Assembly: GCA_964016885.1 (NCBI GenBank) | Contig: OZ024751.1 | Coordinates: 52,452,001 to 52,516,000 of the forward strand | Origin: Eledone cirrhosa | Lineage: Eukaryota | Length of the DNA stretch: 64,000 nt | Direction of reading: 5' to 3' | Shown: positions 1 to 13,659 of the stretch, piece by piece | Layout of the letters: each line of letters opens with the position of its first letter | How positions within the stretch are numbered: position 1 is the first letter of the stretch | The notes under the pieces: generated by a model | Told to the model about the DNA's origin: nothing | Databases searched by the model: none | Seen by the model: only the letters and a program-made list of their open reading frames with translations | Program-made: the position numbers and the translations under genes

Positions 1-59
1 TTTGATGGAAAGAAGTGAGAGAATTTTGGCTGGATATGACCAGTTTAAATGCTAAAGGG
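1..59. mobile_element. Right end of piggyBac-like MITE (same family as 4114-4313)
   Basis: Ends gtttaaatgctaaaggg followed by TTAA, matching the end at 4297-4317. Confidence 0.55.
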
Positions 60-148
60 TTAAATAGCTTAGTATCATAGATCTGGGAACTGGTTTCATG
101 TGGTTTGGTTATTAAAAGAGTAAAGGCTATCTAAATTCTCTTCTACAG

Positions 149-225
149 AGCTAAAGAATTAGAGCTCGAAGATCGACAAGCTCGTCTTGAAACAGAATTA
201 AGAAGCAAAATGACTACTGATGATG
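149..225 (+). CDS. MICAL: MICAL-family F-actin monooxygenase, internal exon (bMERB domain)
   Basis: ttctacag acceptor, gtaag donor; encodes AKELELEDRQARLETELRSKMTTDD, like MICAL3 ARELELEDRQSRLQQELR; ends in phase 1, compatible with exon at 24080. Confidence 0.9.
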
Positions 226-469
226 GTAAGTTGGATTCCATTGTTTACTTTTAATTTCATGGAGTTATACCTGATATTTCTCATAGAACTTCTATTTGTT
301 TACGACTTGAGAGTCTCTGCAATATGGTAACAGTTGTAATGTAATATTAGAGTAAACTCTGTTAGAGTTGATGCATAACCTTTTTTCAGGAAGTGGTCAG
401 TCTTTGAGATTCATGAACTACCAAATATATATTTACTATCAACACAATAGGATGTGAAACTCTCCATGG

Positions 470-830
470 TCCACATAAACCTTGGTATGGACCACATGTG
501 GTGTAGGTAGACAATCTAACCCCACACTAAACATGTTGACTCCTTCCACTATCCATGTAGCCATATGGTACACATAGACAATGTGTGCTCCAAACTATCT
601 ATCCATTTTACCCATGAGGTACAGATAGACTACCCATGTAGCCATGTGGTATAGATAGGCAATGTAATCCACATGTGATACAAACAGACCAAGTGTGTCA
701 CCCCCACACACATGCACTACCAATGTGGTACAGATAAACAATTTTAGCTCCATGCTACTCATGTAGTCATGTGGTACTAACAGACAATGTAATCGCCACA
801 CTACTCATGTTATCATGTGGTATTCATGTA
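470..830. repeat. Degenerate minisatellite
   Basis: Recurring ccatgtagccatgtggtac..atagacaatgt units. Confidence 0.6.
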
Positions 831-1275
831 GCAGTGAATTTTCTCTCTACACCAAACTTCCAGTCCCTGTGAGTTTAGCTCATCACCACCTACTCCTCTC
901 TCTCTCTCTCTTTCAAGAAGAAGAAGAAAAATTTACATTGGTTGTCACCAATTGATGCACTGAATGACCCTGATCATTGCTATGGAAACATTATTTTAAA
1001 AAAAATTAAAATTTTATCACATATTTCATTAATCAATTATATTGTGACCCTCTCTAGAAATAGTTCTCACACAGCTAGAATATTTGAGGATGCTGTTTTC
1101 TTATTTTAGAAAACGAAAATGGGAAGTTATGGTGTTCATGCCTTTTTATAGAACAATATGTATATCTGTTGAAAACCTATAACTACTACTACCATTACTA
1201 CAACTATTACTACCACTATTACTGAAGTAAATATGGTAACACATGTTGTTGTTGTTGTTGTTATTATTATTATTA

Positions 1276-1379
1276 TTCAAATCCCGCCGAGGTTGACTTT
1301 GCCTTTCATCCTTATGGGGTCGATAAAATAAAGTACCAGTAATGCACTGGGTAATTGCCTTGTGCCTAAAGTAGAAACA

Positions 1380-1410
<31 letters not shown>

Positions 1411-1612
1411 ATTTATAATAACTCTATGCTGAAAAGCATAGCGTCAGACATCATGCTTTACAGCATAGAGTTGTGGCCCCTTACGTTCTGAGTTTAAATC
1501 ATGCCAAGATTAACTTTGTTTTTCATCCTTATATGGTCAATAAAATAAAGCACCAGTAATGCACTGGGGTAATTGCTGGCCTTGTGCCAAAAGTAGAAAC
1601 AATTATTATTAT
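1276..1612 (+). mobile_element. Two tandem 5'-truncated tRNA-derived SINE copies
   Basis: B-box (gag)ttcaaatcc, body gcctttcatcct..ggtcgataaaataaagtaccag, (ATT)n tail; copies at about 1276-1385 and 1432-1612. Confidence 0.8.
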
Positions 1613-1749
1613 TATTCAGGATATAAAGAAACGTTATTGCAAAACTGGACGTACCATTAACCCACTACATCTTTGAAGGTAGAGTAAAACAATTTAAAGA
1701 AATGTTATTTTAAAACTGGAATTAATGTTACCTAATGTTCCTTTGATAA

Positions 1750-1946
1750 TAGAGTGAAATGGTGTGTATCTTAAACTCTTCTAGCAATACTTGGACAGGG
1801 CTCCTATCCACTATCATTGGACCCTCCCCTCTTCTATCTTGACTAGAGTGAAAGGGTGTGTATCTTAAACTCTGCTAGCTCTAACTAGCAGTACTTGGAC
1901 AGGGCTTCCATCCAGGATTATTGGACCCTTCTTCCATATCTTGACT
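1750..1946. repeat. Tandem duplication, about 95-100 bp x2
   Basis: tagagtgaaa.ggtgtgtatcttaaactct...tatcttgact occurs twice. Confidence 0.8.
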
Positions 1947-2472
1947 TTGAAATGCTAGGTTGTTGTTTTTTTGGCCTATGTTGAAAAGGGTGATGGTTTG
2001 GATCATGAAGCTAGCAACTTAACCTCCAGGGATTAACATTGCTACAGAAACGATTAAAGTTACCCAATACTCCATAGGAAGAAAAAAGGGATGAAGAATA
2101 AGAAGCACACATCCTTTAGTTGTAACCTGATTCTCACAGAAACTTGATACTTGATTTCACAGTTAACATGTCACCCTTCATATTTATATATTATTTCGGT
2201 CTTCTGTTGCTTTTGTTTTTTTAATTATTTTCTTTGTGTCTGTGAGTATGTGTGTGTGTGTGTTTTGTTGTTTTGTTTTTGTATTTTTAATAATTTTTGT
2301 TTTTTTAGTTTCCCCTCCTTGTGGTCCCAGAAATGTCCCAAGTTTGTCTCAGAATACAGAAGAGGGGTATGACATTAGTTCTGCTGTTATTGCCTTCATG
2401 TTTCAATACTGTTGACATTGTGCCAGTTGACAGTTGGCTAGTTTCTGTCTCATGCAGCCTCCTCTACTATGT

Positions 2473-3692
<1,220 letters not shown>

Positions 3693-3924
3693 GTGTGTAT
3701 GTATGTATAGTTATCATAAATGGCTTTGTTCAGTTTATCTCAGGTAGTGTTGTAGTTGTTTGCTAGTATTTAACTAATCAATATAGTAACATGGTAAACA
3801 GCAATGAACAACAATAAAACAACTTTCTCTATTCAGTCAAGTTAGTTTATTTTTTAATCAGTTCTATTTTAGTATTAATTCAAAATATTCGACAATCTCT
3901 AGTCATAGAAATAAAGTTGGTTAC

Positions 3925-4103
3925 ACTGGTACCATGGAAAAACCTGCTCTGTAATGCACTGTAAGATAGTTGGCATTATGAAAGGCATCTAGCTATAGAA
4001 AAACAAACCAAACCAAATATAGATCATATGAGAATGATGTAGTCACCTGACTTGTCTGGTTTGATAACATGGCAACCTGTCTTACCCAGGCATGCATGGA
4101 AAA
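3925..4103 (+). mobile_element. Degenerate remnant of RTE-related SINE body and tail
   Basis: cactgtaagatagttggcattatgaaaggcatctagctatagaaa resembles 19012-19060. Confidence 0.5.
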
Positions 4104-4113
4104 TATATGTTAG

Positions 4114-4313
4114 CCCTTTAGTATTTATATTACTCTATATTTACTATTGTATATTCATGGTAAAGGCTTTATCTCACATAACCTCAAGTCTACGAGATTT
4201 TGATGATATTATTGTTTATTTTAAGAACGATATCTTAACATCAGTGTGAGCTGCTGGTTATGGCTGGTTTCAAAATATTCTGACCAGATACAGCCGGTTT
4301 AAATGCTAAAGGG
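4114..4313. mobile_element. piggyBac-like MITE
   Basis: TIRs ccctttagta / tgctaaaggg flanked by TTAG and TTAA. Confidence 0.6.
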
Positions 4314-4671
4314 TTAAATGGTGACGATGATGTTAATGGAGTTATTAGAGTATTGGATTATATGGCATGTGGTATTGGTTGTTGTTGTCTGTAGTTTCAC
4401 AACTGTGGGAGAAGAAAAAAGAGTGTCTTAACATATCAGACATTAGTCCTTTATCAGGAAAGAGTAAATTTAGGAAAAATAGGAGGTTAGAAAGTATAAG
4501 AAAAAGGGAAAAAACAACAGAGTATCAAGGTTTCCGAAGAAAACAGTCTGATAATATACAGTTATATGTCAATTTGATCAACCCTCTGAAACGATCTTAA
4601 TTAACCTGACTTTGTTATTATTTTCATTGTTAAATTAATATTGAATATATATATATATATATTCATATATT

Positions 4672-4709
<38 letters not shown>

Positions 4710-4733
4710 TATATTTAAATATATATATATATA

Positions 4734-5059
4734 AGCAGAAGGGATATTCAATTTGTTGGTAATTCAACAAATATAAATGTTTATAACTGATTTAGAGCAC
4801 TCAGCAAGTTTTCTGGAGTATAATATAGATTGATATTAAATAAATGGAAACTATATTTATAAAACCATATTTATTCTATTATATATATATCAAGGGTACC
4901 AAAATTTTGGTACGCTATCATCAGATAAAATACAAAATGTTTTATAAATATTTTGTATTTAATCTGATGATAGCGTACCAAAATTTTGGTACCCTTGAAA
5001 TATATATAATAGAATAAATATGGTTTTATAAATATAGTTTCCATTTATTTAATATCAAT
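4734..5059. mobile_element. Mini fold-back PLE 3' end in (TA)n
   Basis: Inverted arms about 4829-4938 and 4949-5059; left arm has extra tail 4734-4828; related single copy near 60070-60165. Confidence 0.75.
4956..5016 (+). ncRNA. Minimal type I hammerhead ribozyme
   Basis: CTGATGA 4964-4970, stem II gtaccaaa/tttggtac, GAAA 4997-5000, palindromic TATATA stem III, AUA site, stem I tatttaat/atagaata with one mismatch. Confidence 0.65.
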
Positions 5060-5559
5060 GTATATATATATATATATTTACTAGGATCTTCTGAAAATAG
5101 CTTTAGTTTTCCTTTATATTGTAGCCACTGGGTAAACTGGTTCATTGCTAACAGTTCTATTGTTGCAGCCATTTGTATTTTTTTCTTTTTCCTTTTCTTG
5201 GAAATCCTTCCATCATCTTCCTTCATTCAAGCACTCTATGTTCTTCCATTTGTTTGTCTCAAGAGACCTGCATGCTTTGTTCTCTCTCCTACCACCACCA
5301 CCACTACCACCCTCTTACCCTTTGTGCTTTATTTTGCATTTGGTTGGCATATCCCCTCCCTTGCCTTGTTTGGGTATCCTATCCTGTTGCTTACACCTAT
5401 TTTATATTATTTTATTTTTGTTTTGTTTTGTGTGTGTATGTGTCCCCTTGTGTTTGTGTGTGCGTGAGTATGTGCATTGGAACAAATAGCTTATAGGTAG
5501 ACTAGGTGGCTGTTTGAACATTTAGAGGGTCATGTACCTTCTTGCATCCCTAACAAATT

Positions 5560-5715
5560 TATTGTTTGAACAATATGTTTGATGGTTTCTTTAAGCCACA
5601 TGTTTGATAGCTTGTTTGAACTGTGTTTGATGGTTTGTTTGATCAATATGTTTGATAGCTTGTTTGAACTGTGTTTGATGGTTTGTTTGACCAATGTGTT
5701 TGATGGTTTGTTTGA
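5560..5715. repeat. Minisatellite, about 24/48-bp unit
   Basis: atgtttgatagcttgtttgaactgtgtttgatggtttgtttga repeated. Confidence 0.8.
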
Positions 5716-5940
5716 AGCAACATTGTGTTTTTATTATTTTGTTTTCTCTCGTTTTTTAACTTTTCTTTTCCTATTAAACTACAGCATGCTATGACATTTT
5801 ACATAATTAAATTTTTTTTAAATGTTCCCTTCTGGTTTAATATTAAATTGTATTTATCTTTTGCATGTGATAATTATTTTCATTAATTGGTTTTAATTAG
5901 GTCCTACTTGGATAATATTCCAACTTCTTTATTATTATTA

Positions 5941-5972
<32 letters not shown>

Positions 5973-6084
5973 GCTTCACCAGAGTTTACGTCGGGTCACC
6001 CTCTTTCTTGACTATATTGAAAAGTTATCTTGTCAGCACCCACCTCCTATCATCTCGCCAATCTGACATCAGTTGCTCATGTAT

Positions 6085-6932
6085 ATTATATATAATATAT
6101 ATAATATATATATATAATATATATATATATAATATATATATATATAATATATATATAACATATATATATATATAATATATATATATATAACATATATATA
6201 TATAATATATATATATATAATATATATATAATATATATATATATAATATATATAATATATATATATAATATATATATATAATATATATATATAATATATA
6301 TATATAATATATATATATATAATATATATATATATAATATATATATATATATCATATATATATTATATATATAAATATATATATATATATATTATATATA
6401 TAAATAAATATATATATATTATATATATAAATAAATATATATATATTATATATATAAATAAATATATATATATTATATATATTTATATATATAATATATA
6501 TTATATATATATATTATATATATAAATATATATATATATTATATATATTTATATATATAATATATATTATATATATATATTATATATATAAATATATATA
6601 TATATTATATATATTTATATATATAATATATATTATATATATATATATTATATATATATATTATTTATATATATAATATATATTATATATATATATATTA
6701 TATATATATATATTATATATATATATAATATATATAATATATATATATATAATATATATATAGATAATATATATATATAATATATATATATATAATATAT
6801 ATATATATAATTATATATAATATATATATATAATATATATATATATAATATATATATATATAATTATATATAATATATATATATATAATAATATATAATA
6901 TATATATATATAATATATATATATATAATATA
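6085..6932. repeat. (TA)n/TAA-variant microsatellite array
   Basis: Directly visible. Confidence 0.98.
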
Positions 6933-7519
6933 TTAGAATGATCGAGTAACGAAAAATCGGCGCACGAGTTCACGATAAACAAAATTCGAAATGAGCGGCA
7001 GAGGGCTCAATAATTCAGATAAATCAGAGCTATAACTATCGTTAAAATACCGTCACACATAGAACAAGTCTATAATCAACCGCACGATCGAAAAAATCGA
7101 TAACAGAAGATTCGGGACACTCAGATAAAAAATATCAATAAATTAATAATTTAAATGAATGTAAAATCATACCCGGACCCACTAGAAAGGTGTTAAATCT
7201 AGCTTCTTGGGTTTCTGTAAATCCTTAAACTGTACTCTATCAGCTCACATATAAATATATAAGACTTCTAGAATTCAGGGGACAGGAAATTTACTTCTTC
7301 AACGAGCTTCGTCCGAACGGATAAGATGGCTTAACCCAAGCTAAATACGCACATGGAATTCGGCAAGGGAGATAACCTCTACATCCGCGAAAACTATTCG
7401 AGAAAATGTGGAAATACACATATCGAATAAAAGTGCTCAATAGACATGTTAAAATAAAACAGGAGCTATTCATCACTCAAAGGATCGACAAAAAATGAAC
7501 AATAAAATTAACTGGTGGA
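6933..7519 (-). mobile_element. Probable single-arm PLE 3' remnant in (TA)n
   Basis: Minus strand carries the tail motif gctctgatttatctgaattattgagccctctg (about 7030-6999); flanked by TA arrays; no recognisable ORF. Confidence 0.45.
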
Positions 7520-7825
7520 TATATATATATATAATATATATATATATATAATATATATATATATAATATATATATATATAACATATATATATATAACATA
7601 TATATAACATATATATAACATATATATATATAATATATATATATATAATATATATATAATATATATATATATAATATATATATAATATATATATATATAA
7701 TATATATATATAATATATATATATAATATATATATATATAATATATATATATAATATATATATATAATATATATATATATATCATATATATATTATATAT
7801 ATAAATATATATATATATATATTAT

Positions 7826-7959
7826 AATGTATAAAATCAATACAATATTATTACTAATAATATTGTATTGATTTTATACATTAAATTTTGCTCTGATACT
7901 GACATAGAGCACTCTTCATTTCTATGACCTTTTCTGTTTCTAACTGAAATTTCAATACT

Positions 7960-7960
<1 letters not shown>
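7826..7960 (+). mobile_element. Mini fold-back PLE end, related to the 45966-53496 family
   Basis: Perfect 28-bp arms 7826-7853 and 7855-7882, then tail 7883-7960 similar to the reverse complement of 45966-46041. Confidence 0.75.
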
Positions 7961-7991
<31 letters not shown>

Positions 7992-8159
7992 ATTATATAT
8001 ATATATTATATATATAAATATATATATATATATATTATATATATATATTATATATGTATGAATGAAGTAATTCCGTCGGAAAAGTCCAGGAAAAAAGAGT
8101 GCTCTATGTAAGCAACAGAGCTTAATTATTATTATGTAATAAACAACATAAGGCAATTA

Positions 8160-8219
8160 TTCCATTTACCAGTGGTTTCTTAAAAGCAAAAGGTTTTGCT
8201 TTCAATCCTCAGAACGAAA
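8160..8219 (-). ncRNA. Type I hammerhead ribozyme (inverted copy of 13265-13324)
   Basis: Reverse complement of the fold at 13265-13324. Confidence 0.8.
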
Positions 8220-8353
8220 AAATCCTGGTTTGTTTATTGAATCTGGATCTTAAAAACAAAAAAAGCAAGCTATATGAAAGTGAGGCTGGAGAAGGAAGAA
8301 GGAAAGGAGAAAATAAAAACAAAATAAGACTACCCATACAACCACACATACAC

Positions 8354-8416
<63 letters not shown>

Positions 8417-8844
8417 TGTGTATGCGCGCACGCACGCACGCGTATACAAATATAAATATATTTCCCCCATACACATGTGTGTGCGTGCATGCGCGCATAC
8501 GCGCAGGGTATGTTCTGTTGAAAGTGTCTCGTGAATTTATGGCTACAGTTGTATAGATTATACTTAGAAATTGTCCACAGAATTCCCCAAACCTTCGTCA
8601 ATATACTAGAACCTTTAAGAATTTAGCTTTTAAGGAATCTCCCCTTCCTCCAAATCTATCTACCATGACTGACCCCATACTGATCTTACAGACACCTGTA
8701 AGCTAAAGAGAAAGCTAATGATAAGGAATGGCTCCAATCTGAATACAGAAATCTGTCTGCCTTTGTTCCTCTAAGAACAAACATATACAAACATTCATAC
8801 ACACACACACACACACAAACATATCTACACACACACACGCATAC

Positions 8845-8875
<31 letters not shown>

Positions 8876-9380
8876 TACACACACACACATGCATATATAC
8901 ACACACATACACACACACAAAAGCACATATACATACGCACGAAATAGTCAACGCATTCACACACTCTCACACATAAAAAAATTTTTTCAAATACAAATAC
9001 ATAACCGCATACATACGCATACATGCATAACCACGCACAAGTGTACAATCTATACACACACACATGTGTATACAACTATATGCACACACACATATATGCA
9101 TACATAAGCACACATATAATTACATAAATACAAACGTACACACACACATATATATACACACGTACACATACACACACATATACATACATAGCTAAACAAT
9201 TATACACATACAAATACGTATATATCATAAACACGCACAACAGAACACAAACACACACACACACACACACACATACACACACACACACACATACACACAC
9301 ACACACACACACACATATACAAATATCAATATCTACACACGCACATATGTACACACACACACATACATACACACACACAT

Positions 9381-9431
<51 letters not shown>

Positions 9432-9789
9432 CATGCATATACACATATACACACATACACAACCACGCCCACACACATGCATACGCATACACACACATAT
9501 ATGCGTGTGTGTATGTAAAACTCAATCTTAGATAAATCATAAGGACCTTACATATACGTATATATAGTAGTAAAGTATTAAAGCAACATAAGGTAATTAT
9601 TCCATTTACCAAGGGTTTCTTAAAAGCAAAAAAATTTTTCATACAATCTTCAGGATGAGAGAAACCTGGCTTATCCACACATACACATATATACACACAC
9701 ACACAAATACATACAAATATAAATACATACACACAGGCACACACACACATACGTATAAACATATATACATACACACATACACACACATA

Positions 9790-9841
<52 letters not shown>

Positions 9842-10045
9842 TACACACAAATATACACACACATACACATAGGTATGTGGCGGGCAAGGCAAAAAGAATA
9901 TATGTGGGGGCCGCATAGGAGAAGGTAAAATATAAGGGGAGGTAAGGGAGAAAAAAATATATAATAAATGTAGGTATACAAGAGTACAGAACGTAGAAAC
10001 AGTAAAATAAAAACCGTAGCAGAAGTAAAGAGCGGGAGAAGGAGT

Positions 10046-10372
10046 TCAAGGCGGTTGATTTCTCATAGGAGTGTCAATCCAGTTACAGATCAGGTGCGGT
10101 CTCAGATAAGGACAGCATCTGAAGATCTCAGTCTTTGAATTAAGGCAAGCGGAAGTGTCTCTCAAGTTTAGCAAAATCCTATACTTTTCTGTGGTACACA
10201 AAGAACAATTCTTTGTGCCCCTTTGGTACTCCCTCGAATGGTCTAATATAGACCAATCAATAGAGTACGGGATGTTACTATCCTTGAGTTCCCACACCTT
10301 ACTTGCGAGGGCCGTTGATGTTCGTTTATCGGAGTGCTTAAAAGAAGCGACATGTGAGTAAAATCTGGTTTT
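10046..10372 (-). pseudogene. PLE GIY-YIG endonuclease C-terminal fragment
   Basis: KTRFYSH...CSLCTTEKYRIL...CCPYL, nearly identical to the + copy. Confidence 0.85.
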
Positions 10373-10640
10373 AGACATTTTTAATAAAGCCGCCCCTTAT
10401 AAAGCCCTTAAGAACAGCGGTTTTACAGAAAAAATTTATTATTTACCTACTCCCCCCCCCCCCTAAAACTAACCACAATAACAGGAAAAGGAAGATTATT
10501 TGGTTCACACCCCCCTTCTCTCTAACTGTCAAAACTAATGTAGGAAGGAAATTCCTTGAACTATTAGACAAACATTTTCCTCCTAATCATAGATTATCGG
10601 AGTGCTTAAAAGAAGCGACATGTGAGTAAAATCTGGTTTT

Positions 10641-11434
10641 AGACATTTTTAATAAAGCCGCCCCTTATAAAGCCCTTAAGAACAGCGGTTTTACAGAAAA
10701 AATTTATTATTTACCTACTCCCCCCCCCTAAAACTAACCACAATAACAGGAAAAGGAAGATTATTTGGTTCACACCCCTCTTCTCTCTAACTGTCAAAAC
10801 TAATGTAGGAAGGAAATTCCTTGAACTATTAGACAAACATTTTCCTCCTAATCATAGATACTATAAGATATTTAATAGGAACGTAGTCAAGATCAGCTAC
10901 TCTTGCTGCCCATCTATGAAGTCCAAAATCACCAGCTCAAACCGGACGAGAATAAATCCAGGATGCAGTTGCAGGAAGCCGGACGAATGCCCATTGCAGG
11001 GTAGATGTAACACTAAATCTGTCGTTTATGAGGCTATGATAACACCAGTAATCAACAACCAGCCAGCCAGGAGTGAGCGATATGTCGGTATGACCCAGGA
11101 CAGGTTTAAAACCAGATTTTACTCACATGTCGCTTCTTTTAAGCACTCCGATAAACGAACATCAACGGCCCTCGCAAGTAAGGTGTGGGAACTCAAGGAT
11201 AGTAACATCCCGTACTCTATTGATTGGTCTATATTAGACCATTCGAGGGAGTACCAAAGGGGCACAAAGAATTGTTCTTTGTGTACCACAGAAAAGTATA
11301 GGATTTTGCTAAACTTGAGAGACACTTCCGCTTGCCTTAATTCAAAGACTGAGATCTTCAGATGCTGTCCTCATCTGAGACCGCACCTGATCTGTAACTG
11401 GATTGACACTCCTATGAGAAATCAACCGCCTTGA
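10641..11434 (+). pseudogene. 5'-truncated PLE ORF: RT thumb, Cys linker, GIY-YIG endonuclease
   Basis: RKIIWFTP..KHFPPNHRYYKIFNRNVVKISYS, CSCRKPDECPLQGRC, VVYEA..RYVGMT..FKTRFYSH..CSLC..EK. Confidence 0.9.
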
Positions 11435-11638
11435 ACTTCTTCTCCCACTCTTTACTTCTGCTACGGTTTTTATTTTACTGTTTCTACGTTCTGTACTCTT
11501 GTATACCTACATTTATTATATATTTTTTTCTCCCTTACCTCCCCTTATATTTTACCTTCTCCTATGCGGCCCCCACATATATTCTTTTTGCCTTGCCCTC
11601 CACATACCTATGTGTATGTGTGTGTATATTTGTGTGTA

Positions 11639-11704
<66 letters not shown>

Positions 11705-11834
11705 TATGTGTGTGTATGTGTGTATGTATATATGTTTATACGTATGTGTGTGTATGCCTGTGTGTATGTATTTATATTTGTATGTATTTGTGTGTGTGTG
11801 TATATATGTGTATGTGTGGATAAGCCAGGTTTCT

Positions 11835-11894
11835 CTCATCCTGAAGATTGTATGAAAAATTTTTTTGCTTTTAAGAAACCCTTGGTAAATGGAA
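11835..11894 (+). ncRNA. Degenerate second hammerhead in family A UTR (inverted copy about 9600-9660)
   Basis: CTGAAGA 11841-11847, GAAA 11875-11878, acc-ctt-ggt-A; stems I and II imperfect. Confidence 0.5.
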
Positions 11895-12060
11895 TAATTG
11901 CCTTATGTTGCTTTAATACTTTACTACTATATATACGTATATGTAAGGTCCTTATGATTTATCTAAGATTGAGTTTTACATACACACACGCATATACGTG
12001 TGTGTATGCGTATGCATGTGTGTGGGCGTGGTTGTGTATGTGTGTATATGTGTATATGCA

Positions 12061-12147
<87 letters not shown>

Positions 12148-12600
12148 ATGTGTGTGTGTATATATGTGTGTGTGTACATATGTGCGTGTGTACATATTGA
12201 TATTTGTATATGTGTGTGTGTGTGTGTGTGTGTATGTGTGTTTGTGTTCTGTTGTGCGTGTTTATGATATATACGTATTTGTATGTGTATAATTGTTTAG
12301 CTATGTATGTATATGTGTGTGTATGTGTACGTGTGTGTGTGTACGTTTGTATTTATGTAATTATATGTGTGCTTATGTATGCATATATGTGTGTGTGTGC
12401 ATATAGTTGTATACACATGTGTGTGTGTATAGATTGTACACTTGTGCGTGGTTATGCATGTATGCGTATGTATGCGGTTATGTATTTGTATTTGAAAAAA
12501 TTTTTTTATGTGTGAGAGTGTGTGAATGCGTTGACTATTTCGTGCGTATGTATATGTGCTTTTGTGTGTGTGTATGTGTGTGTATATATGCATGTGTGTA

Positions 12601-12637
<37 letters not shown>

Positions 12638-12660
12638 GTATGCGTGTGTGTGTGTAGATA

Positions 12661-12696
<36 letters not shown>

Positions 12697-13264
12697 AATG
12701 TTTGTATATGTTTGTTCTTAGAGGAACAAAGGCAGACAGATTTCTGTATTCAGATTGGAGCCATTCCTTATCATTAGCTTTCTCTTTAGCTTACAGGTGT
12801 CTGTAAGATCAGTATGGGGTCAGTCATGGTAGATAGATTTGGAGGAAGGGGAGATTCCTTAAAAGCTAAATTCTTAAAGGTTCTAGTATATTGACGAAGG
12901 TTTGGGGAATTCTGTGGACAATTTCTAAGTATAATCTATACAACTGTAGCCATAAATTCACGAGACACTTTCAACAGAACATACCCTGCGCGTATGCGTG
13001 CATGCACGCACACACATGTGTATGGGGGAAATATATTTATATTTGTATACGCGTGCGTGCGTGCGCGCATACACATGCGTGTGTGTGCGTGTGTGTGTGT
13101 GTGTGTGTTTTTTCGTGTATGTGTTTTTTCGTGTATGTGTGGTTGTATGGGTAGTCTTATTTTGTTTTTATTTTCTCCTTTCCTTCTTCCTTCTCCAGCC
13201 TCACTTTCATATAGCTTGCTTTTTTTGTTTTTAAGATCCAGATTCAATAAACAAACCAGGATTT

Positions 13265-13324
13265 TTTCGTTCTGAGGATTGAAAGCAAAACCTTTTGCTT
13301 TTAAGAAACCACTGGTAAATGGAA
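13265..13324 (+). ncRNA. Type I hammerhead ribozyme
   Basis: Stem I tttcgtt/aatggaa, CTGAGGA 13272-13278, stem II ttgaaagcaaaa/ttttgcttttaa, GAAA 13305-13308, short stem III acca-c-tggt, GUA site at 13315-13317. Confidence 0.82.
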
Positions 13325-13659
13325 TAATTGCCTTATGTTGTTTATTACATAATAATATATATATTATATATATAAATAAATATATATATATTATATATAT
13401 AAATATATATATATATTATATATATTTATATATATAATATATATTATATATATATATATTATATATATATTATATATATATATATAATATATATATAGAT
13501 AATATATATATATAATATAGATATAATATATATATATTATATATATATATATAATATATATATATATAATATATATATATATAATATATATATATATAAT
13601 ATATATATATATAATATATGTATATATATATATAATATATATATATAATATATATATAT

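Larger units (their letters stand above)
8056..13356. mobile_element. Penelope-like element family A, head-to-head inverted insertion
   Basis: Near-identical inverted arms 8128-10372 and 11108-13356; GIY-YIG coding in both; tail 8056-8127 on left arm only; TA flanks. Confidence 0.92.

Noticed and set aside
2309-2366. Possible small exon after a strong pyrimidine tract
   Set aside because: Would shift the frame into the next MICAL exon; no homology support
7175-7250. Minus-strand CTGATAGA...GAAAccca..tgggTC hammerhead-like string
   Set aside because: Extra base in the core, weak stem II and no convincing stem I
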